IMG/VR virus record: IMGVR_UViG_3300029448_000391
Coordinates: 1 to 25,635 of that record
DNA length: 25,635 nt
Strand: one strand, 5' to 3'
From: a virus
Taxonomy: Duplodnaviria > Caudoviricetes
The translations under genes were made by a program, and so were the position numbers. Numbering within the stretch: the stretch's first letter is position 1; the number at the start of each line of letters is the position of its first letter. A model generated the notes under the pieces. That model made no database searches, was not told the origin of the DNA, and saw only the letters and a list, made by a program, of their open reading frames with translations. Below, piece after piece: positions 8,893 through 16,100 of this stretch.

Positions 8893-10857
8893 TTAATAAT
8901 AATTTTGTTCGAACCACTTATCTGTAGCTCTATCTTCTAATATATCTTTAACTTCTGCATTATACAATTCTCTTGTGTGATACATCCCAATCATTAGTGA
9001 CATCACACGGTCAAAGTTACCTTTATGATTAAATTTAATTAATTCTGTCAATAAAGCAGGATCATATATCTTATGTAAATTTAATAATTTTTTTCCTGAT
9101 TGATCTGTACTCCTAACTGTGTTTAGCCAATCTCTTATATATATCTCACCTTGACGCTTCCTTGCTTCTGTCATATGCATACCATATTGACGTTTTACGT
9201 TCTTACTTCTTAGTTCTTTTTTATCTAACATCTCAAATTCTTCTTGTAGTTTATGCATTTTTCTAAATCTTTTTGCATAAGCTATTACTTCTCCCCTGTC
9301 ATTTTCAAATCCTATCTTACACCCGTAATAATCTGCTAACATAAACAAATTTCTGTTATAATCATCTTGTGAGTGAGGTCTTCCTACATATGATGCTACA
9401 ATTATATCATCTGGTTGTGATAAATTGTTAGGTCTTTTTAATACATATGCTGAACCCAAAGATGTGCTATCTGCTGATTGATTTTGACCATAAGGGTCAT
9501 GACATATTACATATAAATTTACTGGAACTTGTTGTGCCTCGTTTTTATAAGGTGATTCATATATTACAACTGCCCCTGTCTTATCATCATCTTTTCTATG
9601 TGGAAATTTAGCTATAGGTTTTAGATCTCCATCTATTTTAAACTTCACTTCTCCTTTTTCATTGTGATAAAACCTCCCTGCTGTACCTACTGCTTGTAAA
9701 TTTCTTGCTTTTACATTATTATACTGTTCTTGCAGTGATGCTATGTCAAATAAATTAGCTGTTATTTGTAATGTAGCTTCTTGAGGTGAAAAAGGGTGCT
9801 CAGCTATATATTGGTCTAGAGATTTTGCATCTGCAGCACCTTTTTTCTTTTCCCTCATTGTTTCTTCATATTCTACAGCTTCTTGAGCTTTAGAATTACC
9901 ATCATCATCTATAAATCCATCTAAATTCTTTTGTATTGGGATAAAATACCCGCATCTTGTTCCTATTGCTCCTTCATCCCATATATTTTCATAATCCATA
10001 CAATCATATGCTGCTGGGTTATAAAATATCTCTTCCATAGCTTCAAAATCAGATCCTTCTGTACCACCTGTACCAAAAGCTACCATCATACCTAATGTTT
10101 TAGCACCTTGTCTCATTGTTGGCATTGTTACCTCCCATGCTTTTAACAATCCTGGAAATGAACCTGCTTCTTCAAAGAATACTAGCTCACCTGCCTTACC
10201 CCTTACTTTATCTGGGTTATCTTTTAGTGATACTCCTATTATTTGAGACTTCATACCCATTTCTATCTCCATACCATTTACTTTCTTCTTATATCCAGAC
10301 ATTTTATGCATTTCTCTGTCCCTTAACCTAGGCTGAGCCCATGCAGTATGGTCATCTATAAAAGATAAAAACTCCCAAGCTTTTGAGAGTAGTCCATCAC
10401 CAATTAAAAATTCTTTAGAGGATGCAAATACAAAGTTTTTACTATTTCTGACAAAAAAGTAGTTTCTAGCAAGCATAGATCCTGCTTTGTAAGAGTATCC
10501 CTTACGTCTTGCTTTTAAAACTATCATATGTTTATTCTGTGCTCTGGCTTTATCTATTTCATGAAAATATTCATAATCTCCATCGTAAAACCTAGGGAAT
10601 GTACGCTCACGTCTAGCCTGTATAGTGCCATCTGGCATTATTTCATCTACAGCCCTGTCAATAGGACAATAGTTTAAATAAAAATAGTGAAATCCTGTAA
10701 TATGTAATTCATCTACTTCATATCCGTACATACATCGCTTTTGCTCTTCATCCCAAAACTCATAATACTCTCTAGTTCCCGGAAGTGCAGATGTATAGTG
10801 ACCACTCTCTATAAATTTAACGGCGGCAGGTCTGACTCTATCTGTTTTTTTGAGCAT
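8893..10857 (-). CDS. terL: Terminase large subunit
   Basis: Walker A-like LKARRKGYS, Walker B VFFEEAG, coupling motif GTGG, RNase H-like nuclease residues CHDPY, FENDRG, NFDRV. Confidence 0.95.
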   Translation of the reverse strand: MLKKTDRVRPAAVKFIESGHYTSALPGTREYYEFWDEEQKRCMYGYEVDELHITGFHYFYLNYCPIDRAVDEIMPDGTIQARRERTFPRFYDGDYEYFHEIDKARAQNKHMIVLKARRKGYSYKAGSMLARNYFFVRNSKNFVFASSKEFLIGDGLLSKAWEFLSFIDDHTAWAQPRLRDREMHKMSGYKKKVNGMEIEMGMKSQIIGVSLKDNPDKVRGKAGELVFFEEAGSFPGLLKAWEVTMPTMRQGAKTLGMMVAFGTGGTEGSDFEAMEEIFYNPAAYDCMDYENIWDEGAIGTRCGYFIPIQKNLDGFIDDDGNSKAQEAVEYEETMREKKKGAADAKSLDQYIAEHPFSPQEATLQITANLFDIASLQEQYNNVKARNLQAVGTAGRFYHNEKGEVKFKIDGDLKPIAKFPHRKDDDKTGAVVIYESPYKNEAQQVPVNLYVICHDPYGQNQSADSTSLGSAYVLKRPNNLSQPDDIIVASYVGRPHSQDDYNRNLFMLADYYGCKIGFENDRGEVIAYAKRFRKMHKLQEEFEMLDKKELRSKNVKRQYGMHMTEARKRQGEIYIRDWLNTVRSTDQSGKKLLNLHKIYDPALLTELIKFNHKGNFDRVMSLMIGMYHTRELYNAEVKDILEDRATDKWFEQNYY

Positions 10858-11108
10858 TTACTTTTTATTTTAACTAATTCTGAACATTTTTCGTATTCTT
10901 CTGTACTTGTAAAATATTCTATTACAATATCGATTATAGCTGGAGTTCTACCGTCATCCGTAATAGGATCAAAGGGTAACGGAAAACGATCTATGCTATC
11001 ACTCTCTAAATCATAATAAATATCGTCAAGAGTTTTCTTTTTAGTTATTATCATGTAAGCATTTTGCATTGCTTCATTATAAAGTGCCATATCCTCTAAA
11101 AAATCCAT
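10809..11108 (-). CDS. Hypothetical protein with C-terminal UVR (UvrB/UvrC)-like helical motif
   Basis: 99 aa. IEYFTSTEEYEKCSELVKIK resembles the UVR E.YE.AA.LRD pattern. TAATG coupling to the upstream gene. Confidence 0.55.
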   Translation of the reverse strand: MDFLEDMALYNEAMQNAYMIITKKKTLDDIYYDLESDSIDRFPLPFDPITDDGRTPAIIDIVIEYFTSTEEYEKCSELVKIKSKCSKKQIESDLPPLNL

Positions 11109-11629
11109 TACATACTATATTTATTTACTTCAATACCGCCTCTGTTTGTATTAGCGGCTTGTTCTTCTTTTTTAACTATTTCTTCTAGATTTCTAAGACC
11201 ATCTACTACTTTTCCCATTTTTTCTAAGTTATTAATTAGATCTTTTGCGTGAAAAATTGGTCTTCCGTTATCATCTATTAAAGTTAAGTCTATATCTCTA
11301 AAGTATTTTTCTAATTTTATTACAGACTCTCGTGCAGCTCGTAATAATCTTACTGCAGATGTTTCTATTAGTTTATCGTATTTTTTACAAGCTGCTAATA
11401 CTTTAGAATTAGGTGTAAACTTATTATCTGCTCCAAATATACTATTTTTTACTTCAATTACACGTTGTTCCCATTCATATACAGAAAAAGGTGATTTATG
11501 GTCTGTTGTAAAATATACAAAAGCAAGTTCTTTTGGTTTTAATTCTTTAAACTCAATAATAGTTAAAGCATACCCACTAAGAACAGCTTTATTATCTACT
11601 ATATGTATTAAATCATCCCTTAGACTCAT
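11108..11629 (-). CDS. Conserved crAss-like protein, candidate terminase small subunit
   Basis: 173 aa, helical, two genes upstream of terL, C-terminal ...NRGG tail. Function is inferred from position only. Confidence 0.5.
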   Translation of the reverse strand: MSLRDDLIHIVDNKAVLSGYALTIIEFKELKPKELAFVYFTTDHKSPFSVYEWEQRVIEVKNSIFGADNKFTPNSKVLAACKKYDKLIETSAVRLLRAARESVIKLEKYFRDIDLTLIDDNGRPIFHAKDLINNLEKMGKVVDGLRNLEEIVKKEEQAANTNRGGIEVNKYSM

Positions 11630-11834
11630 TTTTTAATTTATTTATGTGTTTAACTCTGTTAGGGTTTACAGAAAACTTTCCAAAATATGGTAGTCTTATC
11701 ATTTCAAATTTTCCTTCTTTCATTATCTTTTCTACAAATTTAAACTGATGATTTACGATTTGTTCTACTTTTTGTAGAGGTAAATTATGCTTTGTTGCTA
11801 GTATTTGTATTATTGTTTTCTTGTCCTTGGCCAT
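11613..11834 (-). CDS. HU/IHF-like DNA-binding protein (short)
   Basis: KKTIIQILATKHNLPLQKVEQIV...IRLPYFGKFSV matches the HU/IHF helical body plus the l.gFG.F strand; the arm is truncated. Confidence 0.75.
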   Translation of the reverse strand: MAKDKKTIIQILATKHNLPLQKVEQIVNHQFKFVEKIMKEGKFEMIRLPYFGKFSVNPNRVKHINKLKNESKG

Positions 11835-12129
11835 CTAGTATTTGTTCTTTCCATCTTGTTGGTTTATCTGGGCATGTAGTTGTTTTCCATTTTGCTTTAT
11901 GTTCTAACAAACATCCACACAGACCACATCTCATTTGAGGCTTTAAAATATGCTCACAACTATCACAAGCTTCTAATCTTTGTACATAATCTTCTGTTGT
12001 TACATTTGGGGCACCTTGTTTTATATATTCTTTTAGATCTCTAGCAAAAGAACCAATCATACTAAACATTGAAGGCCCTTGTGAGTTTGCTATTTTTTCT
12101 CTGAATGTAGGATCTTCTGGATTATTCAT
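11785..12129 (-). CDS. Cys-rich zinc-binding protein (DUF6171-like)
   Basis: RLEACDSCEH...RCGLCGCLLEHKAKWKTTTCP...W pattern. Confidence 0.65.
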   Translation of the reverse strand: MNNPEDPTFREKIANSQGPSMFSMIGSFARDLKEYIKQGAPNVTTEDYVQRLEACDSCEHILKPQMRCGLCGCLLEHKAKWKTTTCPDKPTRWKEQILDGQGQENNNTNTSNKA

Positions 12130-12238
12130 AATAGTTAATTTTAATAGTTAACAACTCTCCGTTCTTGTCTTGCAGTATTACTATTTCCATATCACCTATC
12201 TCAAAATATGATGGCACTATTTCTTCAAATATATTCAT
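12122..12238 (-). CDS. Small hypothetical protein, 38 aa (not in ORF track)
   Basis: MNIFEEIVPSYFEIGDMEIVILQDKNGELLTIKINYYE*. Start is TAATG-coupled to the upstream stop, its end overlaps the next ATG, and it exactly fills the gap. Confidence 0.65.
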   Translation of the reverse strand: MNIFEEIVPSYFEIGDMEIVILQDKNGELLTIKINYYE

Positions 12239-12585
12239 TACTTTTTATTTATTATTACTTCTACAAAAGATGTATCAGGATTTAAAAATGGATTTAACGA
12301 ATATAAATTATTATTTTTAGTTAAAACTCCTTTATCTTTAAATCTTTTTACGTAATTATTTAAAGTATTGTAATCTTTTATCCCTACTATCCTTGCAACT
12401 TCTCTTTTATTCTTTACACTACATATATTTTCTTGATCTGTAATATTTTGTACATCTATAAATGCAGAAAGTATTTGCATACCTTTTTCTGTTAGGTTAA
12501 AAATACCATTCCATAATTGTACGTACTTATACGTAGTATCTATATTAACCGTAATTTTTTTTCTAGTTTCGTTTTTCTTTGTCAT
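12238..12585 (-). CDS. Winged helix-turn-helix DNA-binding protein (RepL/MarR-like)
   Basis: KREVARIVGIKDYNTLNNYVKRFKDKGVL...YSLNP helix-turn-helix plus wing. Confidence 0.65.
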   Translation of the reverse strand: MTKKNETRKKITVNIDTTYKYVQLWNGIFNLTEKGMQILSAFIDVQNITDQENICSVKNKREVARIVGIKDYNTLNNYVKRFKDKGVLTKNNNLYSLNPFLNPDTSFVEVIINKK

Positions 12586-12766
12586 TTTCTAGTAATTTAA
12601 TTACACCATTTTGTGTATGTAAAGGTTTAGAATTTTTAAATTTTCTATATTCTTCAGGATTATACACTAATTTAACTTCTTTTATCAATTCTTTCTCATT
12701 ATACTTTATTACCCATCTACTTGAGTAATGCATCTTATTTCTTTTTAGGTGTGCTAGGTAACTCAT
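12563..12766 (-). CDS. Hypothetical protein
   Basis: 67 aa, ATGA-coupled to the upstream gene in a tightly packed operon. Confidence 0.6.
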   Translation of the reverse strand: MSYLAHLKRNKMHYSSRWVIKYNEKELIKEVKLVYNPEEYRKFKNSKPLHTQNGVIKLLENDKEKRN

Positions 12767-13002
12767 TTCTTTTTTATTTTAACCATTCTATTTGTATCTA
12801 TCTCAATAACTGAAGATTTAGATTGTTTATTAAATTCTGTAAGATAAGGTGCTATATCAGTACGACTTACTATAAAAGACAAGAATACTTGTAATTCTTT
12901 AAGTAATAAATCACTTTTTTCTTGTAATTCTAGAGTTTGTATCTTAGCATCTAATAATGCATGATAATCTTCTAGTTTCATAGTAACTTGACCTTTTACC
13001 AC
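12763..13002 (-). CDS. Hypothetical protein
   Basis: 79 aa, start overlaps the groES stop. Confidence 0.65.
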   Translation of the reverse strand: MVKGQVTMKLEDYHALLDAKIQTLELQEKSDLLLKELQVFLSFIVSRTDIAPYLTEFNKQSKSSVIEIDTNRMVKIKKK

Positions 13003-13265
13003 TTACCTAATATTTGATGTTCTGAAATAACTAAGTATAATTGACCATCAATCTCTGTTCTTGCAGCTTCTGATCTAGGATCTACCATTACAATGTCACC
13101 TTTTTCTACAAAGTTACAATGAGGCCCAACAGCAAGCGCCTCCAAAACGTTTGATCGCTTTGCATTTTCTTTAGCTGTACTCTCATCTAAGATTATTCCT
13201 GATTCTGTTTCTGTAATTACTGGGTCCGGAAGGACTATCCAGCTTCCACTTGGTTTAAAATTCAT
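12996..13265 (-). CDS. groES: Co-chaperonin GroES (Cpn10)
   Basis: FKPSGSWIVL, mobile loop ETESGIIL, AVGP, VEKGDIV, IDGQLYLVISEHQILG. Confidence 0.9.
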   Translation of the reverse strand: MNFKPSGSWIVLPDPVITETESGIILDESTAKENAKRSNVLEALAVGPHCNFVEKGDIVMVDPRSEAARTEIDGQLYLVISEHQILGKW

Positions 13266-13282
13266 ATCTATATATTTTTCTG

Positions 13283-13315
13283 CAAATATATAAACAATTT
13301 TTTTACATTTCCAAA
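13283..13315 (-). promoter_or_regulatory. Bacteroidota primary-sigma promoter for groES-terminase operon
   Basis: TTTG (13312-13315), 21-nt spacer, TATATTTG (13283-13290): perfect -33/-7 consensus 17 nt before the groES ATG. Confidence 0.8.
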
Positions 13316-13320
13316 TATCT

Positions 13321-13572
13321 GTGGAGAAAATATAGCTCTCCCCCTTGAGGATTCTATTTCAAGTTGTGATTTCACTCTAGCAGTGCTCCGTTTTACGGGA
13401 CCCAAGGATACTAAAACTGGTGTTAATTCACCGCACCTACCTGTGTGCATTGTATCCTAACTAGAGTTTATACGTTAACTCTTTTGCAACTACCGGAGAA
13501 AACTCTATCTCTATTTGAGACTACAATCCGATGTCTAATCCCTTTTTTGGTTACCGAGGGATGAATAATGTT
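13321..13572 (-). ncRNA. Candidate structured non-coding RNA (unknown family)
   Basis: GC-enriched intergenic stretch with about ten stems including nested multibranch helices. Upstream TATCTTTGC promoter element. G-U extensions favour the minus strand. Confidence 0.55.
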
Positions 13573-13578
13573 GCGGTG

Positions 13579-13586
13579 CAAAGATA
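13579..13586 (-). promoter_or_regulatory. Bacteroidota -7 promoter element upstream of candidate ncRNA
   Basis: TATCTTTG followed by CA; AT-rich upstream; no exact TTTG at canonical -33 spacing. Confidence 0.6.
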
Positions 13587-13738
13587 TAAAAACTTTCTGT
13601 TAAAAAATAAAATTACCAAAAAAAATTTTTTTTACTGGGTTTGTGAACGTGTGAACCAACACAATCAACGACCCCTGCTATGCTACGCACTTAAAACACC
13701 CCGTATTGGGTTGTTGGTGTAAATACATAATTTGCCTT

Positions 13739-13993
13739 ATGAATAATTCAATTTCAGCGACGTATATTCGTCCAACTCAATCACTCAACCACGTAATGGT
13801 TGCGTATCAAACTAATATATTCTCTACTAATAAGACTATTGCTTATGTAAAGAATAGTGACTTTTTTAAATCTTTTGTTAAAGGACAAGAGTTTAAATTA
13901 CCAGCTAATCCTCGTCCTGTATTTCGTTTCCAAGAGAATGGAGACAGATATGAGTATTCTGATGGTACACCTCAAGTGTATTTAGAGTGGTAA
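13739..13993 (+). CDS. Hypothetical early protein (84 aa)
   Basis: Track ORF 13706..13993, with ATG at 13739 the likelier start. Followed by an intrinsic terminator. Confidence 0.65.
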   Translation: MNNSISATYIRPTQSLNHVMVAYQTNIFSTNKTIAYVKNSDFFKSFVKGQEFKLPANPRPVFRFQENGDRYEYSDGTPQVYLEW

Positions 13994-13996
13994 GAT

Positions 13997-14017
13997 AAGG
14001 GACTTTGTCCCTTTTTT
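13997..14017 (+). terminator. Intrinsic terminator
   Basis: AAGGGAC-TTT-GTCCCTT followed by T run, 3 nt after the stop codon. Confidence 0.75.
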
Positions 14018-14160
14018 AAACCACAATCAAAACAACTACGAACACACAATCAAAAACACTTGCTATTTTATGCGTAAGTGTGCAAACTAGCACGCATGCA
14101 CGTCATTTGGCACTTATTTTACAATCAATCTAATCAATCACATTAATACAATATAACACT

Positions 14161-14442
14161 ATGGAAACATTTATTATAATATTATCAATACTATCAGCTT
14201 ACATCTTTGGCTTTATGTCTGGTATAATTTACCAACGTAAAACAAACAAAGAGAAAGAAATGATTAAAGATCTATTCAAATCAGACCAAAAGCATACTTT
14301 ATCTAAAACTAAGAAAAAGAAAGTTTATGATTTATACAATGATATGCCTGGTGGCTTTGGTACATTTGGTCCAGGCAACAGCAATGGTCCAGCAAGTACT
14401 ATTAAAGAATCAACTTATCCAATTCCTGGAGTTAGTAAATAA
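14161..14442 (+). CDS. Small membrane-anchored hypothetical protein
   Basis: N-terminal hydrophobic helix FIIILSILSAYIFGFMSGIIY followed by a basic stretch. Confidence 0.7.
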   Translation: METFIIILSILSAYIFGFMSGIIYQRKTNKEKEMIKDLFKSDQKHTLSKTKKKKVYDLYNDMPGGFGTFGPGNSNGPASTIKESTYPIPGVSK

Positions 14443-14613
14443 TAACTATGAGTAGGGTTTTTGTTAATGTCAATCTTATTTAGTCGTAAACTTAGACATT
14501 AATTTTTGTTTTCATAATACTTGTTCCTACTCATAGTTAACTTTAAAAAGACTCATAAACTCTGCTTATTATCACTACTTTGATAGATGATAGGAGTATG
14601 ATAAGAGTCTTTT
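14443..14613 (+). other. Tandem long intergenic stem-loops
   Basis: TAACTATGAGTAGG (14443-14456) / CCTACTCATAGTTA (14526-14539), 14 bp perfect, with inner TTAATGTC/GACATTAA. AAAAGACTC (14546-14554) / GAGTCTTTT (14605-14613). Confidence 0.7.
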
Positions 14614-14683
14614 ATTAATAAACAAGGTTTGTGATATACCTTTTTAAAATCACTAATTAATCCATTTAAAACCAATTAAACAA

Positions 14684-15349
14684 ATGGCAAATCAAATTAA
14701 CAGTGGTAGTCTAAGCACTCTAAAACTAGACCAAACTTTATTATCTCATGTACAAAAAGCAGCTAATGATTCATATCAAGCTTGTTTTATTGAGAGAATC
14801 GATCGTAATAACACACCAACAACTGAGTCAGATAGTGACGAGATAGATGCACTATCAGTTCTAAACTATGGTGACGAGAGATTTCAGCAAGGTAGTAGAA
14901 CTTATGTTTATAAGAGAATTACTCCAGAGAGTATCGAGCTAATGCAAATTAAAAATGCTGATGGAACAGCTTTTAATCTTGATGCAGCTACATTCTCAGC
15001 TAAAACTACTAAAGCAGGTAAAGTTGTACAAGCTTGTGATCTAAATGTTTTAAATCCTGTGGTATCAGCTACAGATCACCCTAATGTAGGGATGAGATTT
15101 AGAATTAAGCTTGTAGAAACTCATGAGCCATCACAATGGCAAGCAGATAACAATGCACATAAGATTAATCCTTCGACTAAAGAAGCGTTAACTGTTACTG
15201 ATCCTACAACTGGTGAGATTAAGAAAATCTACAGTGCTCACAATGTTGTGTTATCAACTGCTAATCCTAAGCATATGCTTATTGCACATGACAGGGTAAC
15301 AGTAAATGCTGAAGCTAGTGTTAAAAAGGCTGAAATGAGTATGATGTAA
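14684..15349 (+). CDS. Hypothetical protein, possibly ssDNA/nucleic-acid binding
   Basis: 221-aa beta-rich ORF with strong A-rich leader. No diagnostic motif recognised. Confidence 0.6.
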   Translation: MANQINSGSLSTLKLDQTLLSHVQKAANDSYQACFIERIDRNNTPTTESDSDEIDALSVLNYGDERFQQGSRTYVYKRITPESIELMQIKNADGTAFNLDAATFSAKTTKAGKVVQACDLNVLNPVVSATDHPNVGMRFRIKLVETHEPSQWQADNNAHKINPSTKEALTVTDPTTGEIKKIYSAHNVVLSTANPKHMLIAHDRVTVNAEASVKKAEMSMM

Positions 15350-15372
15350 ACAGACGGCAAATCTGTGTATTG

Positions 15373-15450
15373 ATATAAAATGAGGGAGGAAAATCTGGTT
15401 GGCTCTTTTGAGCAGCTGTAATGTCAGCCCAGTGCTCCCTTGTTTTATAT
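15373..15450 (+). other. Long intergenic stem with branched top
   Basis: ATATAAAATGAGGGAG / CTCCCTTGTTTTATAT (16 bp, two G-U) enclosing CTGG/CCAG, GCTC/GAGC and GCTG/CAGC helices. Confidence 0.7.
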
Positions 15451-15468
15451 TTAATTTAAAATAAGTTT

Positions 15469-15720
15469 ATGACAAAACGATATGATGTAAAAATACCATC
15501 AGTTGTGGAAAGGACTGTGGTACAAGAAGAGATTATGTTTCGAGGAAAGAAAATAATCAGAGAAAGAATTGAAAAAAGAATAAAGCTACCTAAAATAATC
15601 ACAAACGATTATAGTTATGAAATGATGACAGGATTCAAGCCTGGTGTACCAAAATATGGGAATAAAACTACAGGAATAAAAACAGTTACTGTCAACATAA
15701 GTAATAATTTAATCAAATAA
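15469..15720 (+). CDS. Hypothetical basic protein
   Basis: 83 aa, co-oriented with neighbours, A-rich leader. Confidence 0.6.
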   Translation: MTKRYDVKIPSVVERTVVQEEIMFRGKKIIRERIEKRIKLPKIITNDYSYEMMTGFKPGVPKYGNKTTGIKTVTVNISNNLIK

Positions 15721-15732
15721 AATAAATTAAAT

Positions 15733-15843
15733 ATGGATACAACAAGGGAAATAGTTATTAATATAGCAGAGGTAAAATTACTATGGTTATGCTTAGGCAT
15801 GATATTTGGTTTTATACTTTGTGAAGTAAAAAATAGACAATAA
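15733..15843 (+). CDS. Small single-pass membrane protein, 36 aa (not in ORF track)
   Basis: MDTTREIVINIAEVKLLWLCLGMIFGFILCEVKNRQ*. TAATG coupling to the next gene; A-rich leader. Confidence 0.6.
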   Translation: MDTTREIVINIAEVKLLWLCLGMIFGFILCEVKNRQ

Positions 15844-16100
15844 TGGGACAAATGAAATGGATATATAGTCTTGCCGAAGATGGGAGACTAGAAGAGTATG
15901 CAGAAGTATATTATAAAAACTTAGCTAATAATTGTGCTGGGTTTACATATGATGGAAAGTTTTTAACTATGGTTCGTGCTACAGCAGTATTAAAGCTATT
16001 AAAAGATGCTAGTGTAAAATATAATTCGTATCTTGAAGAGCAAGCTGACCAAGCTGAAGCAGAACGAATATATAACAACCAAATAGACGTAAGAAAATGA
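15843..16100 (+). CDS. Hypothetical protein
   Basis: 85 aa beginning MGQMKWIY; ATGA-coupled to polA. Confidence 0.7.
   Translation: MGQMKWIYSLAEDGRLEEYAEVYYKNLANNCAGFTYDGKFLTMVRATAVLKLLKDASVKYNSYLEEQADQAEAERIYNNQIDVRK

Noticed and set aside
1874-11016. Plus-strand track ORFs 1874-2056, 2630-2812, 3117-3362, 7343-7528, 7758-8021, 10116-10331, 10741-11016
   Set aside because: Antisense shadows of well-supported structural genes. The Phe-rich one merely mirrors a GAA-rich acidic tract.
13268-13450. 60-aa minus-strand ORF upstream of groES
   Set aside because: Overlaps the groES promoter and the structured element, has atypical composition and no A-rich leader; probably spurious.
13514-13590. 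Group I intron-like GAGACTA and AAGATATA words on the plus strand
   Set aside because: The second word lacks the TAGTC needed to form P7 and no interrupted gene flanks it.
13531-13722. 63-aa plus-strand ORF at the divergence point
   Set aside because: Runs across an opposite-strand promoter and homopolymer tracts; no protein-like features.
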